64,000 bases of DNA from Bradymonadia bacterium (GTDB lineage: Bacteria > Myxococcota_A > Bradymonadia > UBA7976 > UBA1532): contig JBKAGE010000082.1 of assembly GCA_046290225.1 (NCBI GenBank), positions 203,402-267,401 of the forward strand. Reading direction: 5' to 3'. This document shows, one piece after another, positions 1 to 9,435 of this stretch; position 1 is the stretch's first letter; each line of letters begins with the position of its first letter. The position numbers and the translations under genes are program-made. A model generated the notes under the pieces. That model was not told the origin of the DNA. It did no database searches and saw nothing but the letters and a program-made list of their open reading frames with translations.

Positions 1-7
1 GAGCCTC

Positions 8-655
8 GTGGAGCAGAAGAGCAGAAGCATCGCCGGTGAGACCATGGTGGGTGAGGCCAACCTCGAGCGCGCCCTCGTGGTGTACGAGCAGGCCCAAGCC
101 GCACAAGGCAACGTCACCACCCCCGTGCCCCACGCGCCGAGCCCCACTCGCGGCGCCCCTGGCGCCCTGGCTCAAATCTTCGGCGGTGACGCCGGCAGCA
201 GCAGCGGCTTCGCCGGCCAGCTGCCCGCAGCCCTCTCGGGCAACAGCGTCAGCTTCAGCGGGAGCGGTTCGAGCAAGGACGCCCCCGCCTTCACCGAGCT
301 GCCCGGGGGCCTCAACATGCCCCCAGTTTTGCTCGGCGGCCTCTTTGGTGATCGAGGCCCCAGCATCGGCAGCGGTGATCCCGCCATGCCCCCGGCGCCC
401 CCGTCGCGGATCATGGTGGACACCGGACACGCATCTCAACCTTCACCGGAGTCTGTCCTTCGGTCCACCCCCGGCGAGCGGCCCAACAGCAAGGCCGAGA
501 CCAGCGAAGAGTCCCGGCACCGGCTCGCCCGGAACCAAGTGGATGATCAGCTCAGCGACGAAGAGGTCGACAAGATCGCCGAGCAGGTCATCTACACGCT
601 CAAGCGCGAGGTGGAGATGGACAACACGCGTTATGGAGACGACGAATGGGACTGA
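8..655 (+). CDS. CIS-associated hypothetical protein, probably 5'-truncated by the window edge
   Basis: The frame is open to the window start. A low-complexity Pro/Gly/Ser region ends in a helix (DKIAEQVIYTLKREVEMDNTRYG) like those of genes preceding the LysM tube initiator in eCIS loci. The stop overlaps the next start. Confidence 0.6.
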   Translation: MEQKSRSIAGETMVGEANLERALVVYEQAQAAQGNVTTPVPHAPSPTRGAPGALAQIFGGDAGSSSGFAGQLPAALSGNSVSFSGSGSSKDAPAFTELPGGLNMPPVLLGGLFGDRGPSIGSGDPAMPPAPPSRIMVDTGHASQPSPESVLRSTPGERPNSKAETSEESRHRLARNQVDDQLSDEEVDKIAEQVIYTLKREVEMDNTRYGDDEWD

Positions 656-1314
656 TCAAGCAGGCGATCCAGAGCATGGTCCCCGGGACCAACAAGCTCA
701 GCATCACCCCCCTCGACGGGCGGCGGGCGCTCCAGCCTGTGGAGGCCCTGTTCAACCCCAAAGAGTACAGCATCCAGAAGAGCGTGCCCTGGAACCCCCA
801 GGCCGCCGCGGGTCTCGACGCCCCCGACATGCAGTTCACCACCGGTCAGGGCGAGACTTTGAGCCTCGAGCTGTTCTTCGACACCTATGAGAAGGGGTCG
901 AACGTCAAGGCCCACACCGACGCGCTGCACAACCTCGCCCTCATCGACCCCACCTTGCACCGGCCGCCGCTGGTCATGGCCTCGTGGGGCAAGCTGAGGT
1001 TCCAGGGTGTCATCGAGTCGATCAGCCACCGGTTCACCATGTTCCTCGAAGACGGCACCCCCGTGCGGGCCACCTGCACCGTGAGCCTGCGGGAAGCCCG
1101 CACCGCCACCCAGCAGAACCAGGAGGCCCCTCGGGAGAGCCCTGATCACGCCAAGCTGCACGCCGTGCGTCGTGGCGAGACGCTGCAGGCCATCGCCGCC
1201 GAGGAATACGAAGATCCGTCCGAGTGGCGGCGCATCGCCGACGCCAACGGCATCGATGATCCGCTGCGCCTCGAGCCCGGCACCAAGCTGATCATCCCGC
1301 CGATCCTGAGCTGA
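646..1314 (+). CDS. CIS tube-initiator protein with C-terminal LysM domain (Afp7/Pvc7-like)
   Basis: N-terminal FNPKEYSI...LSLELFFDTYE...PP...WG...F...DGTPVRA motifs of the CIS tube-like domain. C-terminal VRRGETLQAIAAEEYEDPSEWRRIADANGIDDP is LysM. Confidence 0.9.
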   Translation: MGLIKQAIQSMVPGTNKLSITPLDGRRALQPVEALFNPKEYSIQKSVPWNPQAAAGLDAPDMQFTTGQGETLSLELFFDTYEKGSNVKAHTDALHNLALIDPTLHRPPLVMASWGKLRFQGVIESISHRFTMFLEDGTPVRATCTVSLREARTATQQNQEAPRESPDHAKLHAVRRGETLQAIAAEEYEDPSEWRRIADANGIDDPLRLEPGTKLIIPPILS

Positions 1315-1375
1315 GCGATCACTCGCCCCAAGCGCCACCGAACTCAAACCTCACCGAACCAACGCCGAGCAGCCC

Positions 1376-2470
1376 ATGGAAACCTCGAACCGGGTCCCCG
1401 ACTATAAAATCAAGGTCAACGGCTCCGAGCTGCCACAGGAAGATCGGGTCAACGTGCAGGAGATCTTCGTCGATCTCAGGCGACAGGCCCCGGCCAGCGT
1501 GGAGATTCAGCTCAACAACCACGAAGGCACCTACGACGAGCGGGAAGATCTCGCCCCCGGTGCCCAGATCAGCGTGGAGCTCGGCTATCAGGACGACAGC
1601 ACCACTCAGGTCTTCGAGGGCGAGATCATCGGCACTCAGGTGAAGGCCAAGCAGAACGGCCCGCGGGTCTTCTTGATCCGGGCCTTCGACTACAGCCACC
1701 GCCTGACCCGAGGGCGCAAGCAGCGCAACTTCAACAGCCAGAAGTTCAGCGATCTCGTCACCACCCTCGCCCAAGAGGTGGGCCTCACCCCCGACGTGGA
1801 AGACACCCAGTTCAACCGCGAGTACGTGGCCCAGCACAACCAGACCAACCTCGACTTTGTGCGGGGCATGGCCGGCTGGCTCGACTTCGACCTGTGCATT
1901 CGGCACCTCGAAGATCCGAAGAAGCTGCGGTTCAAGCCACCAGAGCTCTCCGCCGCCGAGGCGGTGACGGTGGTCTACGAGAACCCCAACCTGCAGAACA
2001 ACGAGCTGCACCTGAAGAAGTTCGATGGTCGGCAGTCCCTCGCCCGCGTGGTGAGCCACGTCACCGTCCGAGGCTGGAACCCCGGGGGCAAGGCCGCCTA
2101 CATCGGCCGCGCGGGGCCCGACAAGCTCTACGACGAAATGTCGGGCGATTCTTCGGCGGTGCAGATGGTGCTCGACAAGTGGGGCGAGACCGAGCGGCAG
2201 ATCGTCGACTGCAAGGTCTTCAGTCAGGAAGAGGCCGACAAGATCGCCGAGTGCAAGCTCAACGAGTACGCCCGCACCTTCATACGCGTCGACATGGAAG
2301 TGCAGGGCAGCACGCTCCCCTACCCCGGCTGCACCGTGAAGGCAGAGCGGGTGGGCCCGCGGTACGACGGCAAGTACTTCGTCGACTCGGTCCACCACAT
2401 CTTCACCTCGAAGGTGGGGGCCAGCCACGGCTACACCACCCGCTTCATCGCCAGCCGCTGCGCCTGGTGA
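1376..2470 (+). CDS. Phage late-control D / gp27-like baseplate hub (N-terminal half of VgrG/Afp8)
   Basis: LGY...VFEGEI, RAFDYSHRLTRGRK, QHNQTNLDF, VTVRGWNP, G.RYDGKYFVDSVHH and GYTTRF motifs. The protein ends without a gp5 OB-fold or beta-helix. Confidence 0.88.
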   Translation: METSNRVPDYKIKVNGSELPQEDRVNVQEIFVDLRRQAPASVEIQLNNHEGTYDEREDLAPGAQISVELGYQDDSTTQVFEGEIIGTQVKAKQNGPRVFLIRAFDYSHRLTRGRKQRNFNSQKFSDLVTTLAQEVGLTPDVEDTQFNREYVAQHNQTNLDFVRGMAGWLDFDLCIRHLEDPKKLRFKPPELSAAEAVTVVYENPNLQNNELHLKKFDGRQSLARVVSHVTVRGWNPGGKAAYIGRAGPDKLYDEMSGDSSAVQMVLDKWGETERQIVDCKVFSQEEADKIAECKLNEYARTFIRVDMEVQGSTLPYPGCTVKAERVGPRYDGKYFVDSVHHIFTSKVGASHGYTTRFIASRCAW

Positions 2471-2508
2471 TCGGGCAACAGTGAGGCTCGAGCCGGGAGG
2501 GGCCCATC

Positions 2509-3165
2509 ATGGATGAGTCGAAGCTCGTCGACTGGTACGACATCATCGAGGCCATCGCCAATGGCCGCCTCGACGGTCACACCTGCCCGAATTGCGGCCA
2601 CCAGGGCCTTGAGATCAGCCACGAGAACTATCAGATGAGCGCCCGGTGCCCGAACTGCAACGAGGGGTTCTCTGGTCGTGGCGGTGGCCGGGACGACGCT
2701 TATGATCGGGAGGCCGCCGAGTTGATGGCGCGGCAGTCTCGGCGGCGGCAACCTTCGGTCACGGGACGCACCGTCGGCGTCACCGATCCCAACCTGTGCC
2801 CTCCGGTCCCTGGCGATGGCACCGTGAGCCCCGGGCTCGCGGCCATCCCCGCCCGCCCCTCGGCCCCGAGCCGACCCCCGCCGGTGAGGGCCAACGCCAC
2901 CCTCTACGAAGATCCGCCGGGCACCAAAAAACCCGAGCGCCGCGGAGAGCCCTGGGCGTGGCAGCTGCCCCACCAGGGGGGCGAACCCGACCCGGACGCG
3001 CTGGCCCTGTGGATGCCCCTCGTGGAGTCGATTCACAACGGCAGGCGCACGGGATTAACCTGCCCCTTCTGTAGCGAGCCGCTGCATGATATCCATCATC
3101 AGCCACCCCACCTGCGCATCGTCTGTCGCCAGTGCGGCGAAGCCTTCGAGGGCAGGATCGGGTGA
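2509..3165 (+). CDS. Hypothetical protein with two homologous CxxC...CxxC zinc-ribbon domains separated by a Pro-rich linker
   Basis: RBS GGGAGG upstream. Internal duplication W..I/LVE.I.NGR..G.TCP.C...C..C.E.F.GR at both ends. Confidence 0.75.
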   Translation: MDESKLVDWYDIIEAIANGRLDGHTCPNCGHQGLEISHENYQMSARCPNCNEGFSGRGGGRDDAYDREAAELMARQSRRRQPSVTGRTVGVTDPNLCPPVPGDGTVSPGLAAIPARPSAPSRPPPVRANATLYEDPPGTKKPERRGEPWAWQLPHQGGEPDPDALALWMPLVESIHNGRRTGLTCPFCSEPLHDIHHQPPHLRIVCRQCGEAFEGRIG

Positions 3166-3273
3166 GCCCGAGGGCTGCTCGCGCATGCAGCCCGAGAGGG
3201 CGCTGGCGTACTGGGTGCGAGCGCCCTGGGCGCCGTGCGGCAGTGAACATCACATCGTGAGGGTGATCATCCC

Positions 3274-3681
3274 GTGAGCACAGATCGGAGCTTCCTCGGC
3301 CGCGGCATCGCTTTTCCCATGAAGATCGATGGCGCCGGCGGACTCGCCCTCTCTTCCTACGAAGAGAACATCGAAGAGTGCATCCGCATCATCCTCGGCA
3401 CCGCCCCTGGCGAGCGGGTCTACCGCCTCGACTTCGGCTGCCGCATCCATGATCTGCTCTTCGCCCCGAACAACGCCAACACGCGCAACCTCGCCTCGTT
3501 CTATGTGAGAGAGGCCCTCATGAAGTGGGAGCCCCGCATCCGGGACATCGAGGTCGAGGCCGGGGCCGATCCGCTCAAGCCCAACACGCTGCGCATCGAG
3601 ATCAGCTACGCCGTTCGGGCCACGAACTCCCACTACAACCTGGTTTACCCCTTCTACCTGCGTCGCGAGGATGACCTATGA
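3274..3681 (+). CDS. GPW/gp25 family baseplate protein (Afp9-like)
   Basis: FLGRGIAFP, ILGTAPGERVYRLDFGC, WEPRI and NLVYPFYL motifs. Confidence 0.95.
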   Translation: MSTDRSFLGRGIAFPMKIDGAGGLALSSYEENIEECIRIILGTAPGERVYRLDFGCRIHDLLFAPNNANTRNLASFYVREALMKWEPRIRDIEVEAGADPLKPNTLRIEISYAVRATNSHYNLVYPFYLRREDDL

Positions 3682-6600
3682 TCCCGATCCCCAACCTTGA
3701 TGATCGCACCCACCGGGAGATCGTCGAGGAGGCGTTGAAGCTGATCCCGCAGTATTGCCCCGAGTGGACCAACTTCAACCCGTCTGATCCGGGCATCACC
3801 CTCATCGAGCTGTTCGCCTGGATGACCGAGATGGCCATCTATCGGCTCAACAAGGTCACCGACAAGAACTTCATCGCCTTCCTCAACCTGATGGGGGTGA
3901 GGCTGCAGGCGCCGCAGCCGGCCCACGCGCTACTGCAGTTCCAGCTCGTGAAGGGCGGCCCGCCCACGTGGATCAGGCAGGGCTTCCAGATCAGCACTGT
4001 GCCCGACGGCAAGGACGATCCGGTCATCTTCGAGGTGGAGAGCGATCTGCTCGTCAGCGACAACACCCTCGAGAAGGTCTTCACCCAGGTGAGCGACCTC
4101 TACGAGGACCAGACCCCCTTCATCGACGGCCGCCGTCGCGAGGGCTTCGAGGTCTTCGGGGGTCACAACCACATCGAGCGCAGCCTCTACCTCGGTGATC
4201 TGCGCTTCGAGCAGCTCAACGAAGACGCCACCCTCATCATCAAGATCGACAGCCCGGCGAACCACGCCCTCGTCGATCAGCTCGAGTGGGAGTATTGGAA
4301 CGGCCGCCGCTGGCGTGAGCTGAGCCGCTCCCTGAGCGAGACTGAGGAGGGCGCCATCGCCTTCGAGGACATCGATCAGATCGAAGCCACCGACGTGAAC
4401 GGCGTCGGCGTGCCCTGGATCCGAGGCCGCCTGATCGACACCCCTCAGAACACTGATCAGACCCTCATCGAGACCGTCGTCGCCCGCATCGAGCTCAGCG
4501 GCGAGGGCCTCAAGCCCGAGAAGGCCTATGTGGCCCACGTACACGACAACAGCACCGTGTACATCACCGTGGACGACAGCCGCACCTGGGCCCCCTTCGG
4601 CAAAGAGCCCAAGACCGAGCACACCCTCTACCTGATGCCTGGGGCCTTCCCCCAGGAGCCGGGCTCGGTGATCCGCCTCGAGGTGCAGCTCGCCGACCGC
4701 AAGACCCACGACGCCCCGGAGCCCAGCGATGATCTCAGCCTGCGCTGGGAGTACTGGAACGGCAAGAAGTGGGCCCCGCTGTGCCTGAAAGCCACCCCCG
4801 AGGGCGCCGAGAGCGCCGTCGACGTCGACTTTGTCGACGGCACCGAGGCCTTCACCCACTCCGGGGAGATCAAGTTCAAGCGCCCCGCCGATCTCGCCAG
4901 CACCGACGTGCAGGGCGAAGAGGGCACCTGGATCCGCGTACGCATCGAGGCCGGCGACTACGGCGAGGCCGGGCAGTACGAGCTCGACGGCGACCGCTGG
5001 CTCTGGCGCAACGAGCGCCCCCTGCGGCCCCCGTGGGTGAAGCAGATGGTGTTCCGGTACACCGAGCGCGATCGGTTCGTCGATCATGTGCTCACCTACA
5101 ACGACTTCGCCTACTTCGACCACTCGATGACCGCCCGGACCCCCCTCAAGGTGTTCCAAGCCTTCGAGCCCTCAGTAGAAGACAGCCCCACGCTCTATCT
5201 GGGCTTCAAGCAGGCCATGCCCAACGAGCCTGGGCAGATCTACTTCCAGATGACCGAGAACACTGCGGTACAGCGCGATCGCCGCCACGCGGAGTATCTC
5301 TCGCAGTACTACGCCGAGCGCGATCAGGTCCTCGACGCCGAGCAGCGGGTCATCTGGGAGTACTGGAACGGCCTGGAGTGGGTGAGCCTGAGCGCTGAAG
5401 ACGGCACCCGGGCCTTCACCGAGAGCGGGTTCCTGCAGTTCGTGGGCCCCGAAGACTGGAAGCGCAGCAAGCGCTTCGGCGAAGCTCTGTGCTGGCTGAG
5501 GGCTCGCCTCGAGATGGGGGGTTATCACCAGATGCCCCGCATCAGCCACGTGCTGCTCAACACCGTGAGCGCCAAGAACCACCTGAGCTTGAAGAACGAG
5601 GTCCTCGGCGCCAGCGACGGCACCCCCAACCAGACCTTCAAGTTCGCCCAGGGTCCCGTGCTCGAAGGTCAGGAGATCCGGGTCCGCGAGAAAGAGCTGC
5701 CCGACGGCCCCGAGAAAGACGCCCTGATGAAGCAGGGCGAAGATGTGGTCGAGCCCGCAGGCAAGAGCGGCTTCTGGGTGAAGTGGACCGAGGTGGAGAG
5801 CTTCTACGACAGCACCGGTCGTAGCCGGCACTACATCATCAACCGCACCGACGGCACCGTGCAGTTCGGCGACGGCAACAAGGGCATGATCCCGCCCTCG
5901 GGGAACGCCAACGTCGTGGCCCGACGCTACCGCATCGGCGGCGGCGTGCGGGGCAATGTCACCGCCCAGACCGTCACCGCCATGCGCCAGAGCCTCCCGT
6001 ACATCGAGGCGGTGGGTAACCCCTTCCCCGCCGCCGGAGGCAGCGACCAGGAGACCGTCGAAGAGGCCAAGGCCCGCGGGCCTCACCTCATCAAGAGCCG
6101 GAACCGCGCCGTCACCGCCGAAGACTTCGAGTGGCTCACCCTGCAGGCCTCGAACGGCGTCGCCCGGGCCAAGTGCCTCACCACCATCGGCCGTGAGGGC
6201 GAGATCACCATCGTGGTGGTGCCCAAGCAGGACGAGCGGGATCGCGATCTCAAGGTGAAGCTCAGCCCCAGCGCCGAGCTGTTGCGCCGGGTGAAGAACT
6301 ACATCGACGAGCGGCGCCTGCTCACCACCGTGGTCAAAATCTCGCCGCCGAAGTACGTCGAGGTGAGCGTCAAGATCGAGGTGATCCGCAAGGTGGCCAG
6401 CGGCGACAAGCAGCTCAAGAACGCCATCGAGCAGCGGCTGCGTACGTTCCTGCACCCCCTCGTGGGCAGCCGGAGTGGCGGTGGGTGGCCTTTTGGGCGC
6501 AACGTGCTCAAGCTCGACCTGTATCACGTCATCGAAGACATCCCCGGGGTCGATCTCGTCGATCGCATCCGGCTCTTCGACGAAGACCGCCGCGAAGAGG

Positions 6601-6686
6601 TGGAGCAGATCAAGGTGGCCGCCAACCAGCTCGTGCACCTCGTCGACGTCACCGTGGTCGAGAAGCCCCGTGAAGAGTTCCTGTGA
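3678..6686 (+). CDS. Baseplate J/gp6-like wedge protein (Afp11/12-like)
   Basis: PNLDDRT, YCPEWTNFNPSDPGITLIELFAW, three WEYWNG motifs, FGDGNKGMIPP, RAVTAEDFE and GWPFGR. ATGA overlap with gp25. Confidence 0.95.
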   Translation: MIPIPNLDDRTHREIVEEALKLIPQYCPEWTNFNPSDPGITLIELFAWMTEMAIYRLNKVTDKNFIAFLNLMGVRLQAPQPAHALLQFQLVKGGPPTWIRQGFQISTVPDGKDDPVIFEVESDLLVSDNTLEKVFTQVSDLYEDQTPFIDGRRREGFEVFGGHNHIERSLYLGDLRFEQLNEDATLIIKIDSPANHALVDQLEWEYWNGRRWRELSRSLSETEEGAIAFEDIDQIEATDVNGVGVPWIRGRLIDTPQNTDQTLIETVVARIELSGEGLKPEKAYVAHVHDNSTVYITVDDSRTWAPFGKEPKTEHTLYLMPGAFPQEPGSVIRLEVQLADRKTHDAPEPSDDLSLRWEYWNGKKWAPLCLKATPEGAESAVDVDFVDGTEAFTHSGEIKFKRPADLASTDVQGEEGTWIRVRIEAGDYGEAGQYELDGDRWLWRNERPLRPPWVKQMVFRYTERDRFVDHVLTYNDFAYFDHSMTARTPLKVFQAFEPSVEDSPTLYLGFKQAMPNEPGQIYFQMTENTAVQRDRRHAEYLSQYYAERDQVLDAEQRVIWEYWNGLEWVSLSAEDGTRAFTESGFLQFVGPEDWKRSKRFGEALCWLRARLEMGGYHQMPRISHVLLNTVSAKNHLSLKNEVLGASDGTPNQTFKFAQGPVLEGQEIRVREKELPDGPEKDALMKQGEDVVEPAGKSGFWVKWTEVESFYDSTGRSRHYIINRTDGTVQFGDGNKGMIPPSGNANVVARRYRIGGGVRGNVTAQTVTAMRQSLPYIEAVGNPFPAAGGSDQETVEEAKARGPHLIKSRNRAVTAEDFEWLTLQASNGVARAKCLTTIGREGEITIVVVPKQDERDRDLKVKLSPSAELLRRVKNYIDERRLLTTVVKISPPKYVEVSVKIEVIRKVASGDKQLKNAIEQRLRTFLHPLVGSRSGGGWPFGRNVLKLDLYHVIEDIPGVDLVDRIRLFDEDRREEVEQIKVAANQLVHLVDVTVVEKPREEFL

Positions 6687-6754
6687 AGAGTTCTTGTGAG
6701 CCCATGACCCGTCGTATAGACCCTTCTTCACGTACTTTCAGGGAGTAGCCTCGG

Positions 6755-7729
6755 GTGGCTGATCCGCGACCGAGAGAGCGACAGACAGTCCGTATGCCCG
6801 AGGTGGTGGGCATCATGCTGGAGAACGCCCAGCTGATGCTCACCAACGAGCACTTCGATCTGCGCCGGGTGAAGCTGCGGTACGAAGAGGCCTATCGCCC
6901 CGAAGACGAGGTGCTCAAGCAGCACCCGCAGCCCGGGGCCGTGGTGGCCACCGACGAGCCCGTAGAACTGGTCGTCAGCCGCCGCAGCCTGGTGAACCAC
7001 CTGCCTCAGGTCTATCAGAAGTCCGACAGCACCGGTCGGCACATGCTCAGAGATTTTCTGTGGGTCTTCGACCACATCTATGCCGATCTCGAGCGTACCC
7101 TCAACGGCCTGCACCGGTACTTCGACCCCCTCGAAGCCCCTGGAGAGTTTCTCCCCTGGCTGGCGAGCTGGGTGGCCCTCACCATCAACCAGGGCTGGGA
7201 CGACGCCAAGAAGCGCAAGCTGATCCGCGAGGCCATCGGCATCTACGGCTACCGGGGCACCGTGCGGGGCCTCAAGCTCTTCTTGTCGATCTTTACCGAC
7301 GTCGAGCCCGACATCCACGAGAACAAGTGGCCCTACAAGGGCTTCCGCGTCGGCAAGGTGAGGGTGGGCGTCGACTCGGTGGTGATCCCTCAGGTGAACC
7401 TGTCCCACTGCTTCATGGTGGAGATCCCCGCCGAATATCGGCACGTCGACGACAACGAGATCATCAAGATCCACGACATCATTCGCATGGAGAAGCCCTC
7501 CCACACCGCCTACTGCCTGACCTTCAAGGCCGCCCCCAAGGAAGATCTGCTGCAGCCCTTCCGCATCGGCGTCGGCCGCCTGGGCCTTCGGGAGTCCGGG
7601 GTCATGGGCAGCCGCCCGAGCGAAGCGGTCATGGAGGCCTTCCAGGAGAGAGACACCCTCGGCGAGGGTGCTACCAGCGAGCCAGCGACCGGCGACTCCT
7701 CGGGAGATGCCGAAGACACAACGGAGTGA
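6755..7729 (+). CDS. PASTA domain fused to phage tail protein I (P2 gpI / gp7-like wedge)
   Basis: N-terminal MPEVVG...AQLML...VLKQHPQPGAVV...VELVVS fits PASTA. It is followed by LPQVYQ...FL.VF...YFDP..AP.EFLPWLASW...RGTVRGL...KPSHT, which fits tail-I. Confidence 0.85.
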   Translation: MADPRPRERQTVRMPEVVGIMLENAQLMLTNEHFDLRRVKLRYEEAYRPEDEVLKQHPQPGAVVATDEPVELVVSRRSLVNHLPQVYQKSDSTGRHMLRDFLWVFDHIYADLERTLNGLHRYFDPLEAPGEFLPWLASWVALTINQGWDDAKKRKLIREAIGIYGYRGTVRGLKLFLSIFTDVEPDIHENKWPYKGFRVGKVRVGVDSVVIPQVNLSHCFMVEIPAEYRHVDDNEIIKIHDIIRMEKPSHTAYCLTFKAAPKEDLLQPFRIGVGRLGLRESGVMGSRPSEAVMEAFQERDTLGEGATSEPATGDSSGDAEDTTE

Positions 7730-7732
7730 TCC

Positions 7733-9295
7733 ATGGGGTCCGGTGAGAGCTTTAAGCGCATCAACTTCTTCAAGGGCTTCCTGGCCACCGAAGAAGACTT
7801 CAACGATGCCGAGAAATACCACCTCGAGAAGCGGCACCTGCACAACCAGGCCTTTCACGCCCCTGGCGTCGTTGCGCACCACGGCGACGGCCTGAGGGTC
7901 ACCAGCCGCGGTCGCGGTGATCTCTCCATCGAGATCGGTGCTGGCTATGCCATCGATGGCTTCGGTCGGGACATCTACGTGCCCGACAAGCAGATCAAGA
8001 CCATCAGCGCCGGTGACTTCAAGCTGCCCCAGACCATCTATGTGGTGGTGAAGTACCTCGAGGAGATGACCGACTTCATCCGGTACAAGGAAGTGCCCGA
8101 CTACCAGGGTCACCGCCGGATCCAGGAAGGCTTCAAGGTCGAGTTCACCAACGTCGAGCCCGACGTGAACCACGAGATCGAGCTCGCCCGCATCTACCTC
8201 GAAAAGGGCGCCAAGCGGATCATCGACGCCAAGGATCCGAACAAGCCCGAGGCCAACGAGATCGATCTGCGCTTCGTGCGCTACGCCGGCACCGTGGGCA
8301 TGTTCTTGAACAGCACGATCAGGGTCCGCCTGCGCGAGGCCATCGCGTTCCAGAAGCGGGTGTTCTCACACCTCTCCCGGGTGAAGAAGATCATCAGCGC
8401 CCAAGACGCCTTCCACGCGCTGATCACCCTGGACATGCTCACGCTCACGGCCCACATCGGCCACGACAACATCTGGGAGCTGCTCATCGAGCTCGCCAAG
8501 CTCGAGTGGGACGTGGTGAACGAGGCCGAGAGCCGGGTGCCCGATCTGAGCGCCCGCCGCGAGTTCACCAGTTTCAAGAAGAACATCGAGATCATGTACA
8601 ACTTCGCCGCGGAGAAGCGGCGGACCGACGAAGGCCTCGACAACGTCATCACCTACATGATGAAGACCTGCGAGAGCATCGAGATGCTGCTCGACCAGAT
8701 GCGCTCTTCGGAGATCGAGGTGAAGGCCATGGCCGACGCCCCGCAGGAGAGCAAGATCACCGAGTACATCGAGGGCGGCATCACCTTCGAGGAGCTCAAG
8801 GTCTACTCCAAAGAGTTCACCGAGAGCCTCATCGTCGACGGTCGCGAGTGGGTGCTTGTGGACATGATCGACATCCGCGACGAGCAGAACGAGAACGATC
8901 ACGAGTTCCGCATCAAAGAGGCCAAGGACACGTACCGCAGCCGCCAGAAGCTGCGGTACCCCGACGGCACCGTCGTCGAAGACCAGGGCATCGCCCACGA
9001 GGGCGGCTACTCAGAGTTCAAGGTCAAGAACGTCACTCCCCACCAGGATCTGGTCATGATCCGCCGCATGGATTACGTGCGGGCCGACTACCAGGCCGAG
9101 ATTCAGGTGAACGGCGCCCGTATGGACCGGATCATGGACTGCGCCGGGGCCGACAAGAAGTTCCGGTGGCGCAACTGGCCCTACGTGATCCCCGCCCAGC
9201 ACATCAGCTCCACGGTGATCAGCATCAAGCAGGTGATGCTCACCGCCGACCGGGACATCAACATGTTCCACTACTGGTTCTACCAGCCCAAGTGA
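7733..9295 (+). CDS. CIS tail-fibre-like protein (Afp13-type N-terminal baseplate anchor, helical middle, beta-rich C-terminal domain)
   Basis: N-terminal KRINFFKGFLATEEDF...YH..KRHLHN...PGVV...G.AIDGFGRDI matches the eCIS fibre anchor pattern. Its position after the wedge genes fits. Confidence 0.7.
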   Translation: MGSGESFKRINFFKGFLATEEDFNDAEKYHLEKRHLHNQAFHAPGVVAHHGDGLRVTSRGRGDLSIEIGAGYAIDGFGRDIYVPDKQIKTISAGDFKLPQTIYVVVKYLEEMTDFIRYKEVPDYQGHRRIQEGFKVEFTNVEPDVNHEIELARIYLEKGAKRIIDAKDPNKPEANEIDLRFVRYAGTVGMFLNSTIRVRLREAIAFQKRVFSHLSRVKKIISAQDAFHALITLDMLTLTAHIGHDNIWELLIELAKLEWDVVNEAESRVPDLSARREFTSFKKNIEIMYNFAAEKRRTDEGLDNVITYMMKTCESIEMLLDQMRSSEIEVKAMADAPQESKITEYIEGGITFEELKVYSKEFTESLIVDGREWVLVDMIDIRDEQNENDHEFRIKEAKDTYRSRQKLRYPDGTVVEDQGIAHEGGYSEFKVKNVTPHQDLVMIRRMDYVRADYQAEIQVNGARMDRIMDCAGADKKFRWRNWPYVIPAQHISSTVISIKQVMLTADRDINMFHYWFYQPK

Positions 9296-9435
9296 CGCCT
9301 CGCAGGCGGTGTGGTGCAGCGCTGCTCCACACTGTTACCGCGCGCAGCGCCACAGCATGCGGATTGCTCGAAGGCCTTATAAGTGGCAGAATACCCGGTG
9401 GCACGTTGTTCAACCTCGGCCAGTGAGTATTTGCC

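Noticed and set aside
646..9295. Prophage interpretation of the tail and baseplate genes
   Set aside because: No capsid, terminase, portal, integrase or lysis genes are in the window. Gene forms and order match eCIS, and codon usage matches the host genes.
9399..9415. Possible sigma-54 promoter (TGGCACG) before the FHA gene
   Set aside because: The -12 element reads TCAA rather than TTGC, so support is insufficient.
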